Below are positions 1 through 7,650 of a stretch of 33,417 bases of DNA, one piece after another. The stretch spans positions 1 through 33,417 of the IMG/VR virus record IMGVR_UViG_3300033153_008111; one strand, 5' to 3'. The notes beneath the pieces were generated by a model. It was given only the letters and a program-made list of their open reading frames with translations. It searched no databases and was not told where the DNA came from. The DNA comes from a virus. Its lineage: Duplodnaviria > Caudoviricetes. Made by a program: the position numbers and the translations under genes. Within the stretch, counting starts at the first letter, position 1. Each line of letters starts with the position of its first letter.

Positions 1-108
1 GATGCTGGGAATACAAATGATTTTATTATTGTAAATATATTATCCCCAGCATTGCAAGAAGAGACTGAAAAGGCTATCAACCAAATAGTACAATTGGAGG
101 CAGCATAA
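1..108 (+). CDS. Possible 3' end of a gene entering from the left edge (DAGNTNDFII...QIVQLEAA*)
   Basis: Frame 1 is open from base 1 to TAA 106-108. It contains GGAGG (96-100) 7 nt before an overlapping ATG at 108 (TAATG coupling). Confidence 0.4.
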   Translation, partial: DAGNTNDFIIVNILSPALQEETEKAINQIVQLEAA

Positions 109-292
109 TGAAAACACCATCTGATTTTTTATCTATTGTCAGAGGATTGTAAAATTTAATATTTCTATCAGTTCGTTTTAAAAACCTATTGAATAGTTGT
201 TCAAACTCGTCTATATCATTTAATTCAGATTCAATAGTTAAAATAAAACTAGCAGAACTAGAGTTAGTTACAAAATCTGTTTTAGTTTTCAT
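77..292 (-). CDS. TNSSS-leader protein 1 (MKTKTDFVTNSSSASFIL), possibly C-terminally truncated
   Basis: AAGGAG RBS upstream. N-terminal motif shared with 302-757 and 3113-3499. Only 71 aa versus 128-151 aa for the other two. Confidence 0.75.
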   Translation of the reverse strand: MKTKTDFVTNSSSASFILTIESELNDIDEFEQLFNRFLKRTDRNIKFYNPLTIDKKSDGVFIMLPPIVLFG

Positions 293-301
293 ATTACTCC
301 T

Positions 302-757
302 TTAACACATTCTAGTAGTTCCGTATATACTGGCAGGTTCATCAAGACCTAATTTCTCTCTTAAATTTTCCAATATCAATATTTTTTTGGATAAGTCATA
401 ACCAGAAACCTTTTCGGGATTACCACAATCATCAATATCCATCAATCCAAACCCTACAAGTGTTTTTCCTTCCGGAGCTCCATCTTCTATATCAGATAAA
501 ATGGTAATATCATTATTATGTGAAACTTTGATGTCTCCATATATAGTAATGAATTTAAAAATTTTCTTATAATCATCTTCATCAAGAAACAATTTAGGTT
601 CACTTAACTCTTTATATTGTGCCTCAATTTCATCTATCTGATCTTCATAAAGAGTTGTTAGTAATATTTTATAGTTAACTTTTTTGACTACTTCAAGACC
701 AAGAAATACAAATGAACAACTTGAACTATTTGTTATAAAATCATTTTTTGCTTTCAT
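302..757 (-). CDS. TNSSS-leader protein 2 (MKAKNDFITNSSSCSFVF)
   Basis: ORF track gives 302-763; start moved to the second Met (757) to align with the shared motif. Acidic body of unknown function. Confidence 0.8.
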   Translation of the reverse strand: MKAKNDFITNSSSCSFVFLGLEVVKKVNYKILLTTLYEDQIDEIEAQYKELSEPKLFLDEDDYKKIFKFITIYGDIKVSHNNDITILSDIEDGAPEGKTLVGFGLMDIDDCGNPEKVSGYDLSKKILILENLREKLGLDEPASIYGTTRMC

Positions 758-926
758 ACCCATCCCTTCCCCAACCAGATCCTTTTAAAGTAAAACTGGT
801 TTGTGAAATTATTTTTTTCATTTGAACTTTACATTTATTGCATATAATTGTTTCTTCTTTTATCCTGTTTGTGATGACCTCTTTAATGTCACCACATTCA
901 GGACATTCAAATTCATAAACTGGCAT
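741..926 (-). CDS. FmdB-family zinc-ribbon protein
   Basis: MPVYEFECPECG...CNKC...KKIIS...F.LKGSGW matches the FmdB/Zn-ribbon_8 pattern. Confidence 0.85.
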   Translation of the reverse strand: MPVYEFECPECGDIKEVITNRIKEETIICNKCKVQMKKIISQTSFTLKGSGWGRDGYESKK

Positions 927-935
927 ATAATAAAA

Positions 936-1355
936 TTAACACCTTTCTTGATAGCTTTTGAATTTATAACCTATAATAGAATTAGTTATACAAAGGATTA
1001 TGAACCCTCCCATAAATATTGTACAAGTTATCATCCAACCATTTACAGCTAATAAAAAGCCGATAATAATATTTATAAAGAAGGAGCCAATAATAAAACC
1101 AATATTGGTTTCAAGTCCTATTTCTATTAAATTACCAAAGTTTTCAAAGTATTCATAATCACTATTAAAATCCATATAAAATGCAGACCCGAAACCATAT
1201 ATAACACTAGATACTGTATATAAAATCATTAAAAAGGATGCTCCATTTGTAATTTGTTTCGAATCAGGATACGTCATACTTAAACCTATTATAATCAAGT
1301 AAAATAAATAAACAATTCCTTTAGCAATTCTTATAATATTTTTATTTGATAACAT
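936..1355 (-). CDS. Hypothetical membrane protein (about 4 TM helices)
   Basis: Four hydrophobic stretches, AAGGAG RBS, abuts the Tpt1 stop. Confidence 0.75.
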   Translation of the reverse strand: MLSNKNIIRIAKGIVYLFYLIIIGLSMTYPDSKQITNGASFLMILYTVSSVIYGFGSAFYMDFNSDYEYFENFGNLIEIGLETNIGFIIGSFFINIIIGFLLAVNGWMITCTIFMGGFIILCITNSIIGYKFKSYQERC

Positions 1356-1892
1356 TTAATACTCCTTAATATATACTAATGGTACATGATTTGTTAACCA
1401 CACATTATTATCAGATAAGAAAAATTTATATCCATTATTATTCATCTCTCCTGCTTTAATAGTCATAACTAAAGCCTTTCCGTGTCGTGTTCCAACTTGT
1501 TTGGCAGTTTCTATTTCATGAGATAAATGAACATGATTTCTATTCATAGACAATAACCCATTAGATTTTTTAATAGAAGGAATAAATTTGACTGCGGTAC
1601 CATGATATAGAAATTCAGGAGGCTTTTTTGATTCAAGCCCTAAATCTATATCAATCGAATGCCCTTGATTTGCTCGAATCATTAATCCATCATCACTAAA
1701 GGAAAATCGTTTTTTATTATTAGTTCTAACAATCTCCTTTAGTGATGAAAGATTTAATTTACGCCCGTGTGAGTTAACACAATCAAGTAGACTTTCAACA
1801 GATGCCCAACCATGTTCATCTAGTTTTAAACCTATCGCTTTCGGTTTGTGCCGAAGTACATAACTGAGAAATCTACTATCTGTATTTTTCAT
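1356..1892 (-). CDS. kptA: RNA 2'-phosphotransferase (Tpt1/KptA)
   Basis: SRFLSYVLRH, NNKKRF, IRANQGHS, LYHGT, RNHVHLS and NNVWLT are the Tpt1 signature motifs. Likely start MKNTDS at 1892, 2 nt after the rSAM stop (ORF track gives 1916). Confidence 0.95.
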   Translation of the reverse strand: MKNTDSRFLSYVLRHKPKAIGLKLDEHGWASVESLLDCVNSHGRKLNLSSLKEIVRTNNKKRFSFSDDGLMIRANQGHSIDIDLGLESKKPPEFLYHGTAVKFIPSIKKSNGLLSMNRNHVHLSHEIETAKQVGTRHGKALVMTIKAGEMNNNGYKFFLSDNNVWLTNHVPLVYIKEY

Positions 1893-1894
1893 TT

Positions 1895-2956
1895 TTATTC
1901 CATTAGTGCTGGGCAACAGTTAGGAGTTTCGCTTAAAATTCTTCTAAATCTACCAAACCCTTCTCCGTTTAACCAAGCATCTGCAATTGTTGTATTTTTT
2001 AAACTTATTGAATGAGTATCATGATCAGCAAATGAACAAGGAACTAATTTCATATCTGGTGTGATATAAACTGACATTCGACTCGATTCACAAGTATCTA
2101 TTGACATTTCCTGTTGTGGAGTTAATTCGGCATAAGGTTGAATTTTATTAATTAGACAACTATCCATTCCTATTTTAAAAGAAAGTTTTGTCTTATTAAT
2201 CTCTTTAGCCAATTCTTTAATTTGAAATTCATTAGGAACCCACGTAACTAAATTCTTACCATTCCCTTTCATTTTAAACAGAAGAAGAACAATGGCATTT
2301 AATGTTTCTAGATCTACAAACTTATTATATACTTCATTTTCTCCACGAAACAGTTTCATTACATCAGTATGAGTTTTAGCTGAATATATTTGATGAATAT
2401 TTGTTTTACACCCAGCGGTCATAAACATATTTAAAGCGGTATATGTAAAAGTTTTATCGTACATAGAAACAGCTACGGCTCCTACATATTCTTTTGTTAT
2501 ACCGACTATTTTACTATTAACATTATTTCCAGCAGTAGTATAGTTAGGAACAACTCCGTTTTCTCTTGCGTATTTAACTATTTCTTCAAAATCCTCATGG
2601 TCTTCTGGGTTCCCTCTTCCTCCCAGAGCGACCTGAGAAGCATGATGTTTAACTTGATCAATGATTCGTTTGAAGTCTTCTATCTTCATATTTGGTTCTA
2701 CTTTTGACCCTTGATAGCAAAAATTACAATTGTTTTTACAATGCCCCATAATTCCTACATCACACATTGTAGGGAGCTCGGTCATGAAAGGATCTTTTTT
2801 ACCTTCAAGAGGATTTAAAACTTCAACTCCTGTTTTGGTATTGAAAAATAATTCATAGTTTTTATTTTTGAAAAACTTATCAAACTCTCCAACAATTACC
2901 ATTTTTGTGTTTGGATCAACTATAATTCGTTTCATCATTTTGTTCATCGAATTCAC
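1895..2956 (-). CDS. Radical SAM enzyme with C-terminal SPASM/twitch-like Cys region
   Basis: CKNNCNFC (CX3CX2C), VALGGRGNP (GGE-like motif), PNYTT, and C-terminal CESSRMSVYITPD...PCSF...CCP. Exact start uncertain because of several Mets. Confidence 0.92.
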   Translation of the reverse strand: MNSMNKMMKRIIVDPNTKMVIVGEFDKFFKNKNYELFFNTKTGVEVLNPLEGKKDPFMTELPTMCDVGIMGHCKNNCNFCYQGSKVEPNMKIEDFKRIIDQVKHHASQVALGGRGNPEDHEDFEEIVKYARENGVVPNYTTAGNNVNSKIVGITKEYVGAVAVSMYDKTFTYTALNMFMTAGCKTNIHQIYSAKTHTDVMKLFRGENEVYNKFVDLETLNAIVLLLFKMKGNGKNLVTWVPNEFQIKELAKEINKTKLSFKIGMDSCLINKIQPYAELTPQQEMSIDTCESSRMSVYITPDMKLVPCSFADHDTHSISLKNTTIADAWLNGEGFGRFRRILSETPNCCPALME

Positions 2957-3116
2957 AATTCCTTTCTTCTTTACTAAAATAAAAGAGATCTATTGGAGTC
3001 CATCCTTCTTTTAACATATCAACGGTATCTATTAATCTTTTTTTATCTTCTTCAAGTTTTTCAATACCACGATTAAAAAGATTAGATAATCTTCGGTAAT
3101 ATAAAGACATTATCAA
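2916..3116 (-). CDS. Small hypothetical protein
   Basis: Fills the operon between TNSSS protein 3 and the rSAM gene. AGGAGG upstream; start may be 3110. Confidence 0.55.
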   Translation of the reverse strand: MIMSLYYRRLSNLFNRGIEKLEEDKKRLIDTVDMLKEGWTPIDLFYFSKEERNCEFDEQNDETNYS

Positions 3117-3499
3117 AATCCTCCTTCGCCTTGTATAACACGAACACCCTGATCTTTAAAATCTGATTGAAATATTCCTCTTTCACATATAAGAGCTTCT
3201 TCTGGTTCTCCTTCATTAGTTGCATGAATAATATGTAAATGGCCACCTTTTTCAATAATTGCTAGTTGTTCTAGATATTGTTCATCGTCTTTTCTTTTTT
3301 CTCCAGTTTCTATTTCAGTTCCGTACCATTCATCCCAATATTTATTAAGTTCAACGACATTTGTTAGACTTTCAGATAGGAGAGTTTTTATTTTTATCGG
3401 AACCATAATCTCAACTTCTCCAATATCAATATCAGGAGTACTTGATATTATAAAAGAAGTACTAGAGCTATTTGTTACAAAATCTCTTTTTGTTTTCAT
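3113..3499 (-). CDS. TNSSS-leader protein 3 (MKTKRDFVTNSSSTSFII)
   Basis: Shared N-terminal motif, AAGGA RBS, acidic body. Confidence 0.8.
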   Translation of the reverse strand: MKTKRDFVTNSSSTSFIISSTPDIDIGEVEIMVPIKIKTLLSESLTNVVELNKYWDEWYGTEIETGEKRKDDEQYLEQLAIIEKGGHLHIIHATNEGEPEEALICERGIFQSDFKDQGVRVIQGEGGF

Positions 3500-3500
3500 T

Positions 3501-4541
3501 TTATCCTTTCAAATTATAAATTATCCCATTTTCAATTTTTGGAAAATAATCAAATGAAGGTTTTGTATTGATCTTCATTAAATTTTCTAATATTTTTAAT
3601 TGTTCTTCAAAAATAAGATAAACACTTATATTTGATAGTTTTGTTGCATTTATCATTTTATTTTTATCTTTATTATTAAACCATCCTTTTGTTTCAATCA
3701 AAATCGCATCATTAATTTTAAAATCAGGAATGTAGTTTCTAGTTATTTCTCCATCAAAATAAGGAAATTTTGTATAATTTCTATTCCATTGATTTTTAAA
3801 AAAATATTCTAAAATATAAATGAATCTTTCTTCATAAGAACTTTGATAAAAAATTTTTCCTATTGATGTATTTATATAACCAGTTTTAAATTTAGAATTC
3901 ATAGAAAATTTACCATCAATATAAGCTTGAGCTATACAGTTAGATTGTTTTTCCCTTTCTTTTGGATCAGAAAATCTTTTTATTCCTCTGTCTCTCATAA
4001 TGATTCTTTCATTTGGATCTTCAAGTCTCTTTTTAGTTATTTCGCTCATACGAGATCTTGATTGTTCAGTCCATTGAGATTTCCTTACGTCTAACATATG
4101 ATCCCTTTTAAATTTCCATAATTTAATTGCTGCTTGTTTACATTGTTCTTTTTTATGTTTTTTATATTCTGGATCAGATTCTAATTTTTTCTTAATTATT
4201 TCATTTGCTATTTTAGAAGCTCTTCTATTATCTTCTCTTCCTTTCTTAGTGTTTTTTGCTTTTTTTATTCCTAATTCTCTTTTTTTTCTTACTTCTGAAT
4301 TTTTCCTACTTTCTTTTATTTTTTCTTTTTTTTTGGTTATTTGTTGATCAGTTAAATTTAATTTTTTACCTTTATTATTATGACCCATAATAAATCTGTT
4401 TCCTGATTTAGAAGTTTTATTACCACACCCACATTCACACAATTTTAATTTTTTAGGTAATTTTCTTCTATTATGCCCAAGTATAAAACGGTTATCTTTT
4501 TTAACTAATTTACCACATCCACATTCACAATATTTCTGCAT
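3501..4541 (-). CDS. Free-standing putative homing endonuclease: CECGCG repeats, basic NUMOD-like linker, C-terminal TnsA-like PD-(D/E)xK nuclease
   Basis: Two CECGCG...RF(I)xGHN repeats and YQSSYE...YIPDF...IETKG. AAGGAG RBS supports the start at 4541 rather than 4601. Confidence 0.8.
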   Translation of the reverse strand: MQKYCECGCGKLVKKDNRFILGHNRRKLPKKLKLCECGCGNKTSKSGNRFIMGHNNKGKKLNLTDQQITKKKEKIKESRKNSEVRKKRELGIKKAKNTKKGREDNRRASKIANEIIKKKLESDPEYKKHKKEQCKQAAIKLWKFKRDHMLDVRKSQWTEQSRSRMSEITKKRLEDPNERIIMRDRGIKRFSDPKEREKQSNCIAQAYIDGKFSMNSKFKTGYINTSIGKIFYQSSYEERFIYILEYFFKNQWNRNYTKFPYFDGEITRNYIPDFKINDAILIETKGWFNNKDKNKMINATKLSNISVYLIFEEQLKILENLMKINTKPSFDYFPKIENGIIYNLKG

Positions 4542-4581
4542 GTTAGAATTATCTCCTTTTATTTTTTGTTCTAACATGCAG
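4536..4581 (-). promoter_or_regulatory. 13-bp perfect hairpin pairing the endonuclease start codon, with RBS in the loop and an overlapping late-promoter-like motif
   Basis: Minus strand reads CTGCATGTTAGAA-caaaaaataaaaggagataa-TTCTAACATGCAG. Arms are 4569-4581 and 4536-4548. Confidence 0.75.
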
Positions 4582-4600
4582 CACACATTATGTGAATACA

Positions 4601-5653
4601 TTATGAATTTAAATTACGTTTAATTATATCTATACATAATTCATTAATCTTAATTCGATTAGGTTCTCTTGGTAAATGAGAATCTAAATATAACGCTTCA
4701 AGTTGTTTGTCATAATCCTCAGTAAATTCCATTAATTGGTCGTATGTATAAACTCCGTTTCTTATAGCAATTAAAAATTCAGCGTCTGGACGTGGAAACG
4801 TTATTTTTCCGGTTGTAAGTAATTCTTTACATTCCGAAAATAAACGTACAAGGTGGGAGGCGTGTTTTGTATCCAGTCCAAACCTTTTTTCCATTTCTGC
4901 TCTTGCTGGATTTCTATTTTTCTTCCATTGTAAATAATTATTCCACCCTTTTAGAGCATTAGCAAACGCCTTTTCTCTTTCAAGTGTATGTAACATATTA
5001 TCGCTCACTTCAGGAATTACATCTCTTAAAGCGTTATAATCAACATCAACTAAATGTTGAGCAACATCAATATAAGCAACTGTTTCTTCCATTTCTTCAA
5101 GTTGTTCTCTTAATGGGTGAGACTTTCCTACTTGCTCTAGATATAAAGCTACTAATCTATTGAATGCTCCGATTTGCTCTTTAGGTAATAATGAACGATT
5201 AACAGGAAGTCCATAGTCTGGTCTCTCAGGTTGTTTCTTGGGAGGATTTAATAACCATGATCTGTGTCGTTTAATCCGTTTAAATTGTGAATGAGCATAT
5301 CCTGAAAATGTCCATCTACATTTAGTAGATATAAAATGATCTCTTACGTTAATAATTCTTTCCCACTCTTCTGTATAACTTAAACATTGTTCAAGTGGAA
5401 TAAAAAGAAATTCCACAATATTTGGATTGTTGTTCAATGCTAAAAATAAGAATTTTCTTATTTCATATAATTCATCATCAGCACCGTCCTTATCTTGTAA
5501 TTGTTCTACTTTGTCTAAGAACCCATAGAAATATTTTTCTGTTGGGATGAAAACGCCACGAACATCCGTATCAGAATGTTTAGTAGCATTTCCATATAAG
5601 TGGGATCCAGTTACGAATGTACTAATTACTTTGAATCCTTCAGGTACTTTCAT
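4601..5653 (-). CDS. Pol-beta-superfamily nucleotidyltransferase, RlaP/Nuc-transf-like
   Basis: GSHLYG...SDTDVRGVF catalytic motif, NPNIVEFLF, DTKHASHLVRL. Confidence 0.88.
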   Translation of the reverse strand: MKVPEGFKVISTFVTGSHLYGNATKHSDTDVRGVFIPTEKYFYGFLDKVEQLQDKDGADDELYEIRKFLFLALNNNPNIVEFLFIPLEQCLSYTEEWERIINVRDHFISTKCRWTFSGYAHSQFKRIKRHRSWLLNPPKKQPERPDYGLPVNRSLLPKEQIGAFNRLVALYLEQVGKSHPLREQLEEMEETVAYIDVAQHLVDVDYNALRDVIPEVSDNMLHTLEREKAFANALKGWNNYLQWKKNRNPARAEMEKRFGLDTKHASHLVRLFSECKELLTTGKITFPRPDAEFLIAIRNGVYTYDQLMEFTEDYDKQLEALYLDSHLPREPNRIKINELCIDIIKRNLNS

Positions 5654-5877
5654 TATTTTTTATCCTTCTTCGGAACTTCAATTCCGGCTTCTTTTAGAAA
5701 GTCTTCCCAATCGTCACCGGCTTGGGCTTTTAACATTCCTATTGCAATTTTTGCGTTTGTCATTTGCAGATCCAAAAGCAAATCAACCCTTCGACAAGTT
5801 CTTTCAAATGATTCCGCAATATCACAAACGGCATTTACAAAATCGTTATCCTGCTGATATTCAGAAAATAGACTCAT
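5653..5877 (-). CDS. Small hypothetical protein
   Basis: Overlaps both neighbours in operon fashion; AAGGAG RBS. Confidence 0.7.
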   Translation of the reverse strand: MSLFSEYQQDNDFVNAVCDIAESFERTCRRVDLLLDLQMTNAKIAIGMLKAQAGDDWEDFLKEAGIEVPKKDKK

Positions 5878-7214
5878 ATATTCTCCTTTAATATTACTGC
5901 TATTTGAGTTAATAAATCAAAATCATTCCAATCAGGATTAAGAATAACTAGATCCAATAAAATAGTTTTGATTTTTCCTATTTCTGGACCTGGTTTCAAC
6001 CCTGTAACTTCCATAATATGTTTTCCATTGATAGCTAAATCGCCGAATTTATTAGGGGATTTTCTCTTAATTTCAAACATAATATTATGAACAATTTTAT
6101 TAATCTTTTCTTTAGGATACCCTCCTTTTGTCGAGTTAGCAAGACTATCTGACATTTTCAACTGAAGAAACTCTTTCCAAGAAATTTCATGTTCATTTAA
6201 CATTTGTAGAGTTCGTCGTGTTGCTCTAGGTGTTTTGAAATTTCTCATATGTTTTCCAGTGAGTGTTGTTATATATTTGATTTCTTTATTTGAAAATCTT
6301 AAATGTTTTAATTCAACGTTAAGGCAATCAGCTCCTTTTTCAGCATGTCTATGAAAATGCAAATCATTGGTTTTTGGATTCCAAGAACATGCACCAGGTT
6401 TTCCAACATCATGAAGATAACCAGCTAATTTCAGTAGAGGTTTTCTTATAGGAAGATTATCACCACAAATATATGAATGGTCAATTACTGATTCTTCATG
6501 CCATCTACCATGATCCTTATAAGCATAACAATCATCTAAAGAAGGAAATATATATTCAAGAGCACCTATTTCATATAAGGCATGAAAAAAACGAGATGAT
6601 TTCTTGATCCTTGTTATAGTTTTCATAATCTCCTTATTGATTCTTTCTGGATCAACAAAATCAGGGATTAAATGGGCAAAGTAAATAAGTGCTTCTTTTG
6701 TCTTTTCTTCAAATGTTCCATTGATTAACGCTTTGAATCTGCATGCTCGAATCATCCTATTCGGGTCTTCAAATATTCGCTTCTCAGGACTCCCCACGAA
6801 GCGTATAACGCGTTTTTGTAAATCTTCACGCCCATGATATGGATCCACAACATCACCGGTGTATTGACAAAATGCTGCGGCATTTATGGTTAAATCACGA
6901 CGTTTTAAATCTTCAAGAATATCCCCAGCTACTTGAACTTCAACTTGTTTATCTGATAATCCTGTGTATCTATCAGTTCTGAAAGTAGCCACTTCAATTC
7001 CATCAACCATTACCACTTTAAACGATTTTCCAACCGTTTTGATATTATGCCCTTCAAAAATTTTCTCTACTTCTTCAGGTAAAGCTGCGGTCACAACATC
7101 TTCATCATCTGCGGGAACTCCTCGTAAAAGATCACGAACAGCTCCCCCAACTATGTATGTATCATAACCGCAATCACAAAGTCTTTCAACTATTTCCTCT
7201 CTAGTTATTTTCAT
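5874..7214 (-). CDS. cca: Class II tRNA nucleotidyltransferase (CCA-adding / poly(A) polymerase family) with HD domain
   Basis: VGGAVRD...DED, EVATFR, DLKRRDLTINA, EDPNRMIRACRF, ERINKE, LHDVGK, PGPEIG; GGAGGTG RBS. Confidence 0.92.
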   Translation of the reverse strand: MKITREEIVERLCDCGYDTYIVGGAVRDLLRGVPADDEDVVTAALPEEVEKIFEGHNIKTVGKSFKVVMVDGIEVATFRTDRYTGLSDKQVEVQVAGDILEDLKRRDLTINAAAFCQYTGDVVDPYHGREDLQKRVIRFVGSPEKRIFEDPNRMIRACRFKALINGTFEEKTKEALIYFAHLIPDFVDPERINKEIMKTITRIKKSSRFFHALYEIGALEYIFPSLDDCYAYKDHGRWHEESVIDHSYICGDNLPIRKPLLKLAGYLHDVGKPGACSWNPKTNDLHFHRHAEKGADCLNVELKHLRFSNKEIKYITTLTGKHMRNFKTPRATRRTLQMLNEHEISWKEFLQLKMSDSLANSTKGGYPKEKINKIVHNIMFEIKRKSPNKFGDLAINGKHIMEVTGLKPGPEIGKIKTILLDLVILNPDWNDFDLLTQIAVILKENI

Positions 7215-7230
7215 TTTTCACCTCCAAAAA

Positions 7231-7371
7231 TTAATTTATTACAATATAGAATACAAACATTACACATCCTAAAAAAATACAACTTAAAAAAGTAATCCCG
7301 GTTAGGCATGCAACTTTAAGAATTACTTCTTTTGTATTATTATCAAATTCAATCCTTATAACTTTTTTTTC
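7231..7371 (-). pseudogene. Small membrane-protein reading frame lacking an in-frame ATG
   Basis: KKVIRIEFDNNTKEVILKVACLTGITFLSCIFLGCVMFVFYIVIN*. AAGGAG upstream is followed by AAG and an A8 run where a start codon is expected. Confidence 0.45.
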
Positions 7372-7402
7372 TTTATTATCTCCTTTAATTTAACTAAACA
7401 TT

Positions 7403-7426
7403 TCATTCACTAATTAATATATATAG
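7403..7426 (-). promoter_or_regulatory. Putative early promoter CTATATATATTAAT-N3-TGAATGA (copy 1)
   Basis: 21/24 identical to 31455-31478. Both copies head minus-strand transcription units. Confidence 0.7.
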
Positions 7427-7465
7427 CATTTTTATTTATAAATAGAACAAACCTACTATAAGTTT

Positions 7466-7480
7466 AGAACAAAAAATAAA
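7466..7480 (+). promoter_or_regulatory. Putative late promoter AGAACAAAWAATAAA
   Basis: Identical to 4558-4572 (minus strand) and 14/15 to 31505-31519. Lies 17 nt before ATG 7498. Confidence 0.7.
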
Positions 7481-7497
7481 GTTAAGGAATAGGTGAT

Positions 7498-7650
7498 ATG
7501 GTTAAATATGTTCTAAAGAATTATCTTGAAAACTTACAAAAAGATGAGTCTATATTCCCAATGGACTCAGTACATACTGGAAAGAAATTAGTTTTAAAAC
7601 CAGGGTACCCCGAATCAAAAGATGAAGACAAAAAGAAGGATGACAAATGA
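7498..7650 (+). CDS. 50-aa hypothetical protein (MVKYVLKNYLENLQKDESIFPMDSVH...), absent from the ORF track
   Basis: AAGGA/AGGTGA upstream, follows the late motif, ATGA overlap with the HNH gene. Confidence 0.7.
   Translation: MVKYVLKNYLENLQKDESIFPMDSVHTGKKLVLKPGYPESKDEDKKKDDK

Noticed and set aside
254-3499. TNSSS-coding segments as a DNA repeat or CRISPR-like array
   Set aside because: Copies are irregularly spaced, sit at gene starts and differ at synonymous positions. No CRISPR array was seen anywhere in the window.
7215-7497. tRNA or other structured RNA genes in intergenic gaps
   Set aside because: No cloverleaf or T-arm GTTC signature found; the gaps are short, AT-rich and explained by promoter motifs.
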